Assembly (NCBI GenBank): GCA_951406725.2
Contig: OX597816.1
Coordinates: 131,750,001-131,814,000 of the forward strand
Reading direction: 5' to 3'
DNA: 64,000 nucleotides
From: Octopus vulgaris
Lineage: Eukaryota
This document shows, piece after piece, positions 40,026 to 51,966 of this stretch. The translations under genes and the position numbers were made by a program. The first letter of the stretch is position 1, and every line of letters starts with the position of its first letter. The notes beneath the pieces were generated by a model. The model did no database searches and had not been told where the DNA came from. It saw only the letters and a program-made list of their open reading frames with translations.

Positions 40026-40030
<5 letters not shown>
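38742..40030 (+). mobile_element. Penelope-like element 3' part (GIY-YIG endonuclease pseudogene + pLTR)
   Basis: MKVTYSNSAN..; CREKSKCPLMNLCMSTNLVYKC..YVYIRQT..FKNCYHNHITSF..TSLADFVW..WSIV..CHLCSEE. GAAACAATTGTC followed by AATAAA at 39971-39994. Ends at (TA)n. Confidence 0.85.
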
Positions 40031-40064
<34 letters not shown>

Positions 40065-40229
40065 AACTGTAGAAATATTGCCAGATCAGATTGGCACCTG
40101 GTGTAGTTGCTGGCTCTCCAGACCTCAGTCAAATCATCCAACCCATACCAGCATGGAAAATAGACTTTAAATGATGACGACAACGACGATGATGATGGTA
40201 TATATATATATACATATATATATATATAC

Positions 40230-40585
40230 GTGGCCATTGCCAGTGCCGCCTTGACTGGCTTCTGTGCCGGTGGCACATAAAAAGCACCATCCGAACGTGG
40301 CCGTTGCCAGCGCCGCCTTGGCTGGCTTCCGTGCCGGTGGCACGTTAAAAGCTCCAACCGATCGTGGCCGATGCCAGACCCCCTGGCACCTGTGCAGGTG
40401 GCACGTAAAAAGCACCCACTACACTCGCGAAGTGGTTGGCGTTAGGAAGGGCATCCAGCTGTAGAAACTCTGCCAGATCAGACTGGAGCCTGGTGCAGCC
40501 CCTGGCTTCCCAGACCCCGGTCGAACCGTCCAACCCATGCTAGCGCGGAAAACGGACGTTAAACGATGATGATGATGATGATGAT
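40230..40585 (+). mobile_element. RTE 3'UTR-only insertion with (GAT)n tail
   Basis: Aligns to 62220-62550. Similar short copies at 5590-5760, 32690-32905, 48684-48830, 49700-49980, 55515-55640 and elsewhere. Confidence 0.85.
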
Positions 40586-40606
40586 ATATATATATATATA
40601 TATATA

Positions 40607-41011
40607 TGGTAAGTAGCTTGTTTACCAACCACAAGGTTCCGGGTTCAGTACCAACCACAAGGTTCCCCACTGCGTGACACCTTGGGCAAGTGTCTTCTAC
40701 TATAGCGTTGGGCCGACCAAAGCCTTGTGAGTGGATTTGGTAGATGGAAACTGAAAGAAGCCCGTCGTATATATGTATATATATATATGTGTGTATGTGT
40801 TTGTGTGTCTGTGTTTGTCTCCCTAGCATTGCTTGACAACCGATGCTGGTGTGTTTATGTACTCATTACTTAGCGGTTCGGCAAAAGAGACCGATAGAAT
40901 AAGTACTGGGCTTACAAAAGAATAAGTCCCGGGGTCGAGTTGTTTGATTAAAGGCGGTGCTCCAGCATGGCCACAGTCAAATGACTGAAACAAGTAAAAG
41001 AGTAAAAGAGT
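40607..41011 (+). mobile_element. Young copy of the major tRNA-derived SINE
   Basis: CpG-rich; B box GGTTCAGT; CCTTGGGCAAGTGTCTT core; GT microsatellite; (AAAAGAGT)n tail. Confidence 0.9.
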
Positions 41012-43294
41012 ATACATATCTGTCTCTCTCAGAGCGAAAAGCTGTATGATGCTTGTGTATGAACAGGAATGCTACATGATAGTGGAATGTAGACCAAGAA
41101 TTCAGAGAATATGTGAAAACTAGAAAGAAACGAAACTTGCATGCTCTGCTGGATGTGCTATGTAAGTGTGCATGTATGACTAATTGCAAATGAGTTTCAG
41201 ATTTAGTGTGCAAGGGAAAAGACTGTGCTGGTATGGTTATGCGATGCATATGGATGAGGACAGCTGCATAAAGAAGTGCTGATCACTAAATGTGGAAGGA
41301 ACCTGAGGAAGACATGGAATGAAATAGTGAAGACCAGCCTCAGGATGTTGCATCTCATGAAGGAGATGATAGAAGACTGAAGTGATAGGAGATTCAATAT
41401 ACTCAAAAAGACTCATCCATCGCAGCAGAAAATAAGGTCACAAAAGCATACTGCTTATGTCCACTCCTACCCCCACCACCACACACATATATCTAATCTG
41501 TCCCTGTAAAACCTCTATTACTCTAACACCCACCCCACCTCTTCTAACTATGGCACCATTTACTCAGTAATTATAATTATATCAGAGTAGGACTACATAT
41601 ATTTTATTCCTCTTTTGTGTTACCAACTATCTCATTCCTTTCAACCACTTCCTTTTGTCACCCATCCTGCAATTCTCAATATCATACCTTATTACTTAAT
41701 TTTGCACTGAATGCCCCTTTTCCCTGCACACCCTTCTCAAATCTGCCACCAGCCTTTGTTAGTCACTCACTGTATCCGCTCCTTGGTACCCCTGACCACT
41801 TTCTCTGTCACAGTGATATTTATTCAAGCTCTTTGAATTTTGAGTTCAAATCCTGAAAAGTTAATTTTTCTTTTCAGCTTTCAGGGTAAATAAATTAATG
41901 TATCAATCAAGTACTAGACTCAATGGAATTAACTAACCTTTATCCTCTCAAAATTGCTGGCCTTATGCTTATATTAGAAGCTACTACCACAGCAGCAGCA
42001 GTAGTAGCAGCAGCAGTAGCAGCAGCAGCACCACCACCACCACCATCTTTATTCATGCAACAATTGTTTGTTTACGTGTAATGTCTCTCTCTCTCTGCTT
42101 ATGTGTGTGAGCATCTTGTTATGTTTGCATGTATGTATAACGTCACTCTCTCTCTCCCTCTCCTTCCCTCTTCTTCATTTTCTTTCTTACTGTCTGTCTC
42201 TCCTCTCTCTCTCTCCCTCTCTCTCTCTCTCTCTTTGCATAAGTGTGTGAGCATCTTGTAATGCTTGTATATATGTCATGCAGGAATAATGCCAGTGATT
42301 TTACCATTTTTGTTCACTGAACATCAAGCTGTGCCCCATGTCTTCAAATATTCCAGACATATTATGAGATTTTAAGTGTAGTGAGGAGAAATTGTTCCTG
42401 TAGTGCCTCATACATAATTGTTACACAGATTATAGAAAACCATTTGGAGACAGTTTCATGTTCTGTACTTAGTGAACCTATTATAACAGAAATTACCTTT
42501 ACCCGCTGCAATTTCAAAGCCTTCTAAATTCCTGCTTTAGGTCCTGGTATTTCTTAAATTTCTTATTCTTTTCTTTCACTCTGGTATCAAACGAACTATT
42601 TGACTGTGTAACAGAATTTTTCATTTTATTTTGTCTTTGGTCAGTAAGTGTTATTTCTTATTTGCTTCTACCTAGAAATCAAAGGAAATGACTACTATTC
42701 TCTTCAAGCTTTGCTTTTGTAACCTGGACATCAATGTCTTGAAACTGACCTCTTTTCCATTACATTTCAGACAGATTCAGCACTGAGTTGCTGAAGCAGA
42801 AATTTCATTATAGCAAATATTCTGCTCAATACCACAGATTTGCTTGCCAGTTGCCTGACCTTAACAACTTGAGCATGTCCGTTAGTAGCTGACAATATGT
42901 GCATTTTTAATCATGAGCAGGAGTAGTAGGGAAGCATCATAGCCATGTGTTGAGAGGAATTTTTGAGGATTTGAATAAATGTAACAAAAGCTAAGTTGAA
43001 AGAAATATTAGCCACTTTTCATACTTTCTAGGGGTAAGCAGAGAGGAAATAACAGTTGCTACTCATGGACAAAAAACATGTTACACAGTGTTATCACATG
43101 AGCTCTAGTAACTTTCTGTAGCACAACAACATCCAATCTTGAATATAACAGTTTCTTGTCTGAGTTTTTAAGTTCCATAAAACTTTTACCTAAATATTTT
43201 TGACAACTTTCATGGTCTCACAATGTATCATAACAAACGTGAAATTCTGTCTGTCCAGGACCCCTGTATCTCAGTCTATATTTTCTCTACATAG

Positions 43295-43380
43295 GCATAT
43301 ACCTTTTTGGAAGCAGGATGAACCTGGGATTGAAAAATCTGCCCTTCGTTCAGTTCTTGAACATCCAGGATTGGGATCAG
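43295..43380 (+). other. Candidate small internal exon (host gene or lncRNA not identified)
   Basis: TTTTCTCTACATAG acceptor and CAG|GTCTGG donor. Two open frames (IYLFGSRMNLGLKNLPFVQFLNIQDWDQ or HIPFWKQDEPG..). Non-repetitive. Confidence 0.25.
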
Positions 43381-43719
43381 GTCTGGATGAGTATTTGTTA
43401 TATTCTAACAGTCAAATATTCAAATTTTAAAAGAACTCCAAAAATTTGTGAACTTACAAGTTTTTCATTTAAACTGAATTTAAATTAATACTACATTAGT
43501 AGAGTACCAATAAATGCTTTATTATTATTGCTCTCTTTAGTTTTGGCTTATAGGTGCAATTAGCCCTCCAAAGGAGCTAATTTAAAAGTTTGCATGAACT
43601 GCAGCTTAATCAACTGATCCACCTGTATTTGCTTTTACCCAAACCCAGGAGCTTTTCAGCACCCCCTCATATATGAGCTGGATGTAGCTGGTTTAAACAG
43701 TAAAGGGTAAACCAGTTCC

Positions 43720-44370
43720 AAGTTTAAATACTTCTGAATGTGGTATTCCTGAAGAAAATTCCATGCATTTTTTTCTTGGTCTGTATTTCTTTCCTGCTTT
43801 CCATATCTTCTTTCTCTTTCATGGAATTAATTATTCTTCCCTCCATTTTTCTCATAGCCCTCAATACTTTTTCCTTACTTTCTGACACATACTTGCACAG
43901 ACATTGTTCTTTCATCACTACACAATCTTCCACACTTATCAAACCTCTTCCATCATCACAGCCTTTCATATTTTTTCTGAAGCATATCATATATCATTAG
44001 CAACTTTCTAGTCTTCCTATCAATATTTGGTAGTTCTTGGGTGTTCCAGTTGATGGTGCCTGCCCTGTATAGGGAGCTTGAGACAGAGGCAGTTTTTAGT
44101 GTTCAGGTGTAATTTTGATATCTCTTTTCTTCTTTCCCTTTCTATATATATATTTTTGGGGGAGTTTCTTCTTTCATTTTTCAGTGCGTGCTTCATTTGG
44201 TTTTGTCTTTTATGCTATCAGCTTCCAAAACTCCTAAATATTTATTCTTAGCTTCCTTATTAATTTCCTTTGTTTTATATTCTCACCTGCAGGAAGCTCA
44301 ATTCTTTCTTTCTCAAACAATTCGCTTCTCTTCATGGCAAGAGTATCACACTTATGGAAACTGAATTCCA
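43720..44370 (-). mobile_element. Degraded R4/Dong-type RT C-terminal fragment
   Basis: MKRSELFEKERIELPAGE, KYLGVLEAD, IDRKTRKLL, GRGLISVEDCV, KKMHG. Confidence 0.75.
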
Positions 44371-44454
44371 ACACCACCACTACCACCTTCATCACTACCA
44401 CCATCGTCATCGTCGTCATCACCGTTGCCATCGTTATCATCATCATTATCATTC

Positions 44455-45180
44455 AGTGGTCTTATTTTTAACATGTGCTTTCACTGCACTACCAAGTGCA
44501 CATATGTGTGCCTTGGGTATATGCTGTGGTTTGTTTTAGTGCTGCTATTTTTATTGTATTAAAATGCTTTACATAGGATATGTATGGTACCTAACAGTGC
44601 TATTTTCTGCATGTTATATATATTTGTAAGTCCTGATATTTTCTCTGTATGTTTTCAGTCATGTATTTCTCAGTATGTTTTTTAATCATGCCTAATATAC
44701 TTATTATAAGGATTATTTTTATCTTCAGGCCCCCACCACATTCTCTGTTTCCAGATCGTTGTATTTCAAGAGTTTCTCCATTTCTTTAGAGATACATTGT
44801 CATCTGTTGGGACTGAGATGTCAGTTAGAAGGCCTACTCCTGACAGCAATATCTGGCATATTAGCCTTGATCTCTCTATTTGTGTGCATTGACATATGTC
44901 AGAGCATAGTTGCTTTGTCATTTTCTGAGACCTTTTCTGGGGGTATGCCTATACCATCTTTTTCCTATTGTCATTCCTTAGTGCTGGCACTGCTTCCTGT
45001 GTATCTAAGTCTCAACTCTGTTATGCCTGTGGACGTATTACTTCTTGGCAAGGACTGGGCAACCAGAAACAATATGATTTATTGTTTCTTCCAACTACCA
45101 CATATTTTGCAGTTATTCATTGTATTTTTTTCATTATTTGCTTTTGGTGGTTCCTTGTGGGGAAGCTATGATTCTCTGCT
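44455..45180 (-). mobile_element. Older copy of the Dong-like element
   Basis: Reverse complement aligns to 23755-24495, including the 3'UTR. Confidence 0.85.
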
Positions 45181-45220
45181 ATTATTATTATGATTATTAT
45201 TATTATTGTTGTTGTTATTG

Positions 45221-45252
<32 letters not shown>

Positions 45253-45500
45253 GAGTGAGAGAGCAGTGCATGCCATCAAAGTGACACTAGGGTAAAATAT
45301 ACGAAATCCAGTATACCCATCATGACTACCCGTCTGATAAGGGTACACCAGGCACATGCATCACAACCATATGTGTGCAACATGGTGATCTCATATCAAG
45401 ATAAACAGTGCATGACCTTGCAGGTAGGGCCCAGTCAGAACTTTCATTAGGTCAAGTAGCCCCCTCAAAAGGTCCCTGAGGGGAGAATTCTCAATGCACA
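45253..45500 (-). mobile_element. Element X partial copy
   Basis: Near-identical to 22985-23213; abuts (TAA)n. Confidence 0.8.
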
Positions 45501-45911
45501 ATACCACATTTTCGGGGGTGACATTTGTGGCAGGCCTTCCAGATTGTTCATCATCTTCCAGGGACATCGTTCTGCTTTTGAAGTGCCTGTGCCACTTGAA
45601 ACATGGCATACAACCCATTGTCTTGTTACTGTAAGCTTGTAAAGCATTCTCAATGTCTCTAGCAGACTTCTCAAGTTTGATGCAAAATTTCATATTGGCT
45701 CATTGTTCCTTCCTGTCCATGTGTCCATGACAAAATTGCAAACCACAACAGGCACATGATCACAAAAACACAAATTTCACAACTTGTGAACTGAACAGTG
45801 ATGTCACTTGGCCCACTGCCTCATGAAGCTTACTCTGCATATGCATCCATGAGCTGCCATCTGTTGGCAAACTGCAGAATTAGTCCATGAACTTTTTGAT
45901 ACGACTTCCTA
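45500..45911 (-). mobile_element. mariner 5' fragment
   Basis: KFCIKLEKSA..CFKWHRHFKS..SLEDDEQSGRP; TIR-like GTCGTATCAAAAAGTTC near 45890-45907. Confidence 0.75.
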
Positions 45912-46375
45912 TGCCCAGTTTAAATATTAAAGGGTTAAAGTGTCATATCAGTAATGGGCCCAAGACTGAGATGAATAGAGAAAGTCAGATATGAGCTCAA
46001 TGACTTAATGTCAATGGTATTTAATAGACAACAACAATATATGTAAGATTGGCCAGTTTTACAGAGTTAAATAGGGTTAAAAATGTAAGAGATAATGTAA
46101 AGCTAAGAGGAATAACCAATGAATTGTCCAAAATTTAGAGTACTTTTTAATTAACTGGTTGAATGAACTGTATTCATGAATTCATAAATGCAGTTTTGTT
46201 GTTATTTTTTTCAAAAATAGAAACTAATATATCTGCAAATCACATTTAATGATGTTTGTACAGAAATATTTGCTTCTCATATGATTTTATTTATTTATCT
46301 GCTTGTTTGTTTGTTTATTGCATTAAAAAAGTAAGCTCCAATAGAAGTGAGCTCTAGGGGTTAATTTTCTGCTAG

Positions 46376-47030
46376 CAGGATGTATTACAAAGCTTTCATT
46401 TCTAGTTGTTCCTATCTTACATCACATATAGGCTTTCCCCTCTGGATTTGTCATGATTGACCTCAATTTTGTCAATGTCAAATTTGTCATTGTCAGCCTC
46501 AGTTTCATTATCCTTAGTCTAAATCATGTTGTTGGCTATCTCAATTTTATCATTGTCAATTTATATATTGTCATTGTAGGATGGAGCAAATTGTTTCTTT
46601 GAACAGACATTGACTAGGCTAAAAATAAAAAAATAAGTCCTGGGGTCAATTTGTTCGACTAAAATACTTCATTGCAGTGCTCCAGCATGGCCACAGTCAA
46701 TTGACTGAAACAAATAAAATAATAAAAGAATAAATAATAAGCATTACATTTGAAAGACAAAACTGAGTGCTACAGGTTTAAATGTTGTCATGGTTAGGAT
46801 AGAGTGAATTTTTTCTTTATTTGATGATTATTTATCACAGAACTGAAAAAGATTGATGATAATGAAACTGAGGTTGACAATAACAAATATGAGGTCAACA
46901 TTAATGAAATTAAAGTTCATAATGACAAATTTGCAGGGGAAACCCCATATACAACTAATTGTCAGACATGCAGATCTAAATCTTACTTGTCCCTTCTTTA
47001 AAGCATTCATTAAAGAATACCTTTCATCAA
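46376..47030. mobile_element. Degraded foldback/MITE-like element with inverted arms, interrupted by a SINE fragment
   Basis: ATTTGTCATTGTCAGCCTCAGTTTCATTATC (about 46482-46512) pairs with GATAATGAAACTGAGGTTGACAATAACAAAT (about 46858-46888). Confidence 0.55.
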
Positions 47031-47156
47031 GGCATGTTGATCCTGTTTATTATTTTCATGTAAAATAAACATAGATTTCTTGTCACTTGTCATAATGTTA
47101 AGTTATATAGGAGAGAAAGTATAATTTATTGAACTTATGATAGTATATCACTGGTT

Positions 47157-47459
47157 GTGGAGGCACATGGCCTAGTGGTTAGAGCAGCGGACTCGTGGTC
47201 GAGGGATCATGGGTTCGAATCTCAGACCTGGCGATGTGTGTGTGTGTATGAGTGAAACACTTAAGCTCCACGTGGCTCCAGCAGAAGGTAATGGTGAACC
47301 TCTGCTGATTCTTTCGCCACAACTTTCTCTCACTCTTTCCTCCTGCATCTTGCAGTTCACCTGTGACGGACTGGTGTCCCGGCCAGGTGGGGAACCTATA
47401 TGCCAAGGAAACCAGGAAACCAGCCCTTATGAGCCAGGCATGGCTCGAGAAGGAACAAA
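47157..47459 (+). mobile_element. tRNA-derived SINE with intact pol III boxes
   Basis: TGGCCTAGTGG and GGTTCGAATCT; TSD TATATCACTGGTT. Confidence 0.9.
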
Positions 47460-47472
47460 TATATCACTGGTT

Positions 47473-47766
47473 AAAGCTGAAGGTGCATAGCCTAGTGGTT
47501 AGAGTGTTAGATTCATGATTGAAAAGTCATAGGTTCAGTTCCAGGACTGGGTGGCACATTGTGGTCTTGAGGAAAGCACTTCATTTCACATTTCTCCAGT
47601 TCCCCTAACTGAAAATGAACATCTGCAGCAGCTAGAGAAAATCCTATTACAGACTGGCATCCTCTCCAGGGAGGAGTCTTTATATGTTTAGTTGCTTAGT
47701 GTACCTCAGAAAGTGGAATTATCTTTGGTCTAATGAACCTGTAGGGTTGAGGCAGATTTAACTTTT
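47473..47766 (+). mobile_element. Older tRNA-derived SINE at the same target site
   Basis: tRNA head; flanked by TATATCACTGGT. Confidence 0.75.
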
Positions 47767-47828
47767 TATATCACTGGTAATTATTTTATTACTTCTCTCT
47801 TTCTCTCTCTCTTTCTCTCTCTCAACAG

Positions 47829-47870
47829 CAGGGTTTCAACTTGGAAGAAAGAAAGATGAAATTACATGCT
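47829..47870 (+). other. Candidate 42-nt exon
   Basis: Long CT tract + CAACAG acceptor; GCT|GTAAGT donor; phase-0 reading QGFNLEERKMKLHA. Confidence 0.35.
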
Positions 47871-48275
47871 GTAAGTCTTTTGGTAAGTTAGCTAATGGAA
47901 GTAGAACAATATTAACAAGCTTAGCAGGCCCTCACAGACTAGTGAGATCAATGGAGTTTGTGGTTGGTGCACTATCTGAACATCTGGTGGTTGATGTCTA
48001 TAGAAATGTAAGTGAGTGTAGAATTTCAGATGGTTGAAAATATGAGAAGGAAGGATTGTAAAAAATGTTAAGTAGGAGATTTTGATGACTGAAGCAAATA
48101 CGAATGATAAGAAGAGGTGTATCAGATAGGCCTCAATGAAGAGTAGTGTATGCAGTTAACAAGTTTTGGGAATCAGAGGCCTTTATAGTCAAGATAGAAG
48201 AGACAAAGAGATGAAACACCATAACTGTGGCAGTGAATGAGTCTTTGTTAATCAGTTGAATGAACTTCTTTTGTA

Positions 48276-48317
<42 letters not shown>

Positions 48318-48319
<2 letters not shown>

Positions 48320-48670
48320 TAAAACGGTAAGATAACAAAAGAAAGAAAGAGACCTCAATAGAGACATAACATAGAAAGCATGTTAGAAAACAGATAGAAC
48401 ATGCTTTCTATGTTATGTCCCAAGAAGATTTTATATATTTTTATATATTTTTTATGTATTTTTATATAATTTTTATGACGAAAAATGCGAGCGATGTATA
48501 AGTACGCAGGCAAGCAGAGTTATAACACAGTAATTTCTCTTTATATAACGGTATCTTTTCATAGCGTTTTCAAATAGCCAGATAACCGAAGAGATGGTGT
48601 TGTGGATTTCCACTTCGGCATCTGAAACTCAGAGTTTTATCTTGACTATCGAGTAATGTAACATATTATT
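48318..48670 (+). mobile_element. (TA)n-flanked pLTR-like element with perfect hairpin and variant hammerhead (48574-48649)
   Basis: AGATAA-CCGAAGA-GATG..CATCT-GAAA-CTCAGAG-TT-TTATCT; 22-bp hairpin at 48363-48419. Confidence 0.65.
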
Positions 48671-48968
48671 GTATATATATATATTGGCGTTAGGAAGGGC
48701 ATCCAGCCGTAGAAACACTGCCAAATCTGACTGCACCTGATGAAGCCTTCTGGCTTCACAGACCCCAGTTAAACCGTCCAACCCATGCTAGCATGGAAAA
48801 CGGACGCTAAATGATGATGATGATGATGATATATATATATATGGAGAGAGAGAGTGGGGGAGGAGGGAGAGAGAGAAGAGAAGAAAGGAATATTTCAAAT
48901 GTATTATAGCCATGAAAACAGCAGAAAGATTGGGTATTTTACTCTTATATGACAAACATTTGTCAGCC

Positions 48969-49038
48969 GACAGCCATGGGACTTGAATCTGCAACCCTCA
49001 GATACTGGCTGAGTACTCTACCATTAAGCTAAACTGCC
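48969..49038 (-). pseudogene. tRNA-like cloverleaf (anticodon AGT, Thr-like) inside an inverted-repeat element (48889-49160)
   Basis: GGCAGTT-TA-GCTTAATGGTAGAGT-A-CTCAG-CCAGTAT-CTGAG-GGTT-GCAGATTCAAGTCCCAT-GGCTGTC; T stem decayed in this copy. Confidence 0.7.
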
Positions 49039-49175
49039 TGCTGACAACTTTTTTCCGTCTTTTGCTGTTTCCATGGCTATAATGCATTTGAAATATTACT
49101 TTCTTGTCTGTATATTACAAAACACATTCAATGCTTCCAAAAACATAAAAACAAAATTTGTTTACAATAAGCTGT

Positions 49176-49227
<52 letters not shown>

Positions 49228-49931
49228 TAGATATATGTGTACACACACACACATTATATATATAGAACTGTATGTACATGTGTGTATGCATGTAAATGTG
49301 TCTCTGGTGTATGCACATGTATATGTATGTATAATGATAAAATCCTTGACATGAATATGTATGCAACATTTTGTAGCTCAGTACCTCTTTCACAGTACCT
49401 CTTTTACCCATACCTACTATTATTTAGTAAAATAATCAGGTATAATACCCATGTTTTTTCATAGTCTCCCAACCAGCATACTCTTTTACTTGTTTCAGTC
49501 ATTTGACTGTGGCCATGCAGGAGCACCGCCTTTAGTCGAACAAATCGACCCCAGGACTTATTCTATCGGTTTCTTTTGCTGAACTGCTAAGTTATGGGGA
49601 TGTAAACACACCAGCATCAGTTGTTAAGCAACGTTGGGGGAACAATGAAATCATAGTCATGTTCAGTGCTGGTAAAAGGCAACTGTGCTGGGAACATGTA
49701 AAAGGCACCTGTGCTGGTGATATATAAAAGGTATCCCTGCCAGTGACATGTAAAAAGCACCCACTACACTCTGTGGAGTGGTTGGTGCTAGGAAGGTCAT
49801 CCAGCCATAGAAACCAAGCCAAAACAGACTGGAGCCTGGTGCAGCTCTCTGGCTTACCTGTTCCAAACAAATTATCTAAACCCATGCCAGCATGGAAAAC
49901 ATGGAGAACAGACGCCAAATAATGATGAATA

Positions 49932-49979
<48 letters not shown>

Positions 49980-50708
49980 TACGCTTGTGTGTATAGATTT
50001 ATGTGTGTGTCTTCATGTTTATGTTTGTCCCCTACCACCACTTGCCAACTAGTGTTGGTTTGTTTATGTCTCCATAACTTATCAGATTGGTAAAGCATCC
50101 AATAGAATAAGTATAAAATTTTAACATATAAACACTGAGGTCGATTTGCTCGACTAAACCCTTCAAGGCAGTGCTCCAGCATGACTGCAGTTCAATGACT
50201 GGAACAAGTAAAACCTAAAAGATTACTGCCAATAATTCTTATTTATGTTTGAAATAATTTGGTTCACATTATTATTTCTTGTATTATTTTTATCCATGTA
50301 GAAAAATTTCTGTATTTATTTTTCAAGATTGTATTCTCATTTTTAGCTTTTCTCCTCTTCCAGGAATATATTTGTATCAAATTATTTTTATGTTGAGATC
50401 TGCAGACATAAGTAAGAGATAGACAGGTGGCTTTCATGTTATCAAATCTGAGTTTAGCTTAGAGCTTTGAAGAATACACTTGGGTAATCACAAAATATCA
50501 TGCCAGCTAAAGAACTAGTAGTGCAGCAAAACATCGTCTGGAACTCTGCAGTTTCAAAACTAGTTCAACTAGAATCCTATGAAATCAGAAGTTTGAAAAT
50601 AGTTTTATCTTGATTGTTTTCTTACTGCTATGATTTCTGGTGGGAATGGAGTTGTGTGAGTGTGTGTGTGTGTGTATACATACAAACACATGCACACCTA
50701 TATATGTG

Positions 50709-50762
<54 letters not shown>

Positions 50763-50830
50763 CGCACATGTGTGTGTGTGTATATATATATATATATTTA
50801 TATATATATACATACATATATACACACATA

Positions 50831-51064
50831 CCTATTTCTTTATTGCCCACAGGGAGCTAAACATAGAGGGGACAAACAAGGACAGACAAAGGGATTAAGT
50901 CGATTACATCAATCCCCAGTGCGTAGCTGGTATTTATTTAATCGACCCTGAAAGGATGAAAGGCAAAGTCAACCTCAGCGGAATTTGAACTCAGAACGTT
51001 ACGGCAGACGAAATACCACTAAGCATTTTGCTCGGCGTGCTAACATTTCTGCTAGCTTGCCGCC
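50831..51064 (-). mobile_element. tRNA-derived SINE with GACTTTGCCTTTCATCCTTTC..GGGTCGAT..AAATAAGTACCAG-type core
   Basis: Multiple copies: 6130-6335, 10727-10932, 10955-11145, 22430-22640, 30013-30215, 41830-41980. Confidence 0.85.
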
Positions 51065-51065
51065 C

Positions 51066-51118
<53 letters not shown>

Positions 51119-51192
51119 TCTCTCTCTCTCTCTCTAAATATATATATAATATTTGTATATAAATATACATAGATACATATACATACTTCATA

Positions 51193-51249
<57 letters not shown>

Positions 51250-51567
51250 TTAGTGTCATTATTGTATAACATTCATCTTCCACTCTGACATGGGTTGGAT
51301 GATTTGACAGGATCTGACAAGACAGAGAATTGCATCAAGCTCATATGTCTGTTTTGCTAAGGTTTCTACAGCTGGATGCCTTTCCATACACTAACCACTC
51401 TACAGAGTGTAAAGGGTGTTTTTTATGTTGCACCAGCACTAGTGAGGTTACCAAGTAACTTGCAAGACAGAACTCCTTGCTTGAGTGGTTGTATAGTATT
51501 CAGTGGGGTGGCCTTATACTAGGTGGCAGCAGGATAAAGTATGATAGAAATAGAGAAAATATGAATG

Positions 51568-51966
51568 TAGTTTATCTTTTATCTTTTACTTGTTTCTGTA
51601 AGTGGATTGTGGCCATGTTGGGGCACCAACTGGAAGAATTTTTAGTCATAAGAATAACTCCAATACTCATTTTTTTTTCTTCAGCCTGGTACTTATTTGC
51701 CTGGTACTCAGTTGCTTTTGCCACACCACAAAAATATGGGGGCATAAACACATCAACACCAGTTGTCAAGTGATAAACATGAAAACACACACACATATGT
51801 ACATGACTGGCTTTTTTCAGTTTCCATCTACCAGATCCGCTCACAATGCTTTGGTCAACCTGAGGTTATAGTAGAAGACACTTGTCCAATGTGCTCTTCA
51901 GTGGGACTGAACATAGAACTGTGTGGTTGGGAAACAAGCTTCTTACCACACAGCCATACCTGTGCC
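51568..51966 (-). mobile_element. Major tRNA-derived SINE
   Basis: Reverse complement of the 40607-41011 family. Confidence 0.85.
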
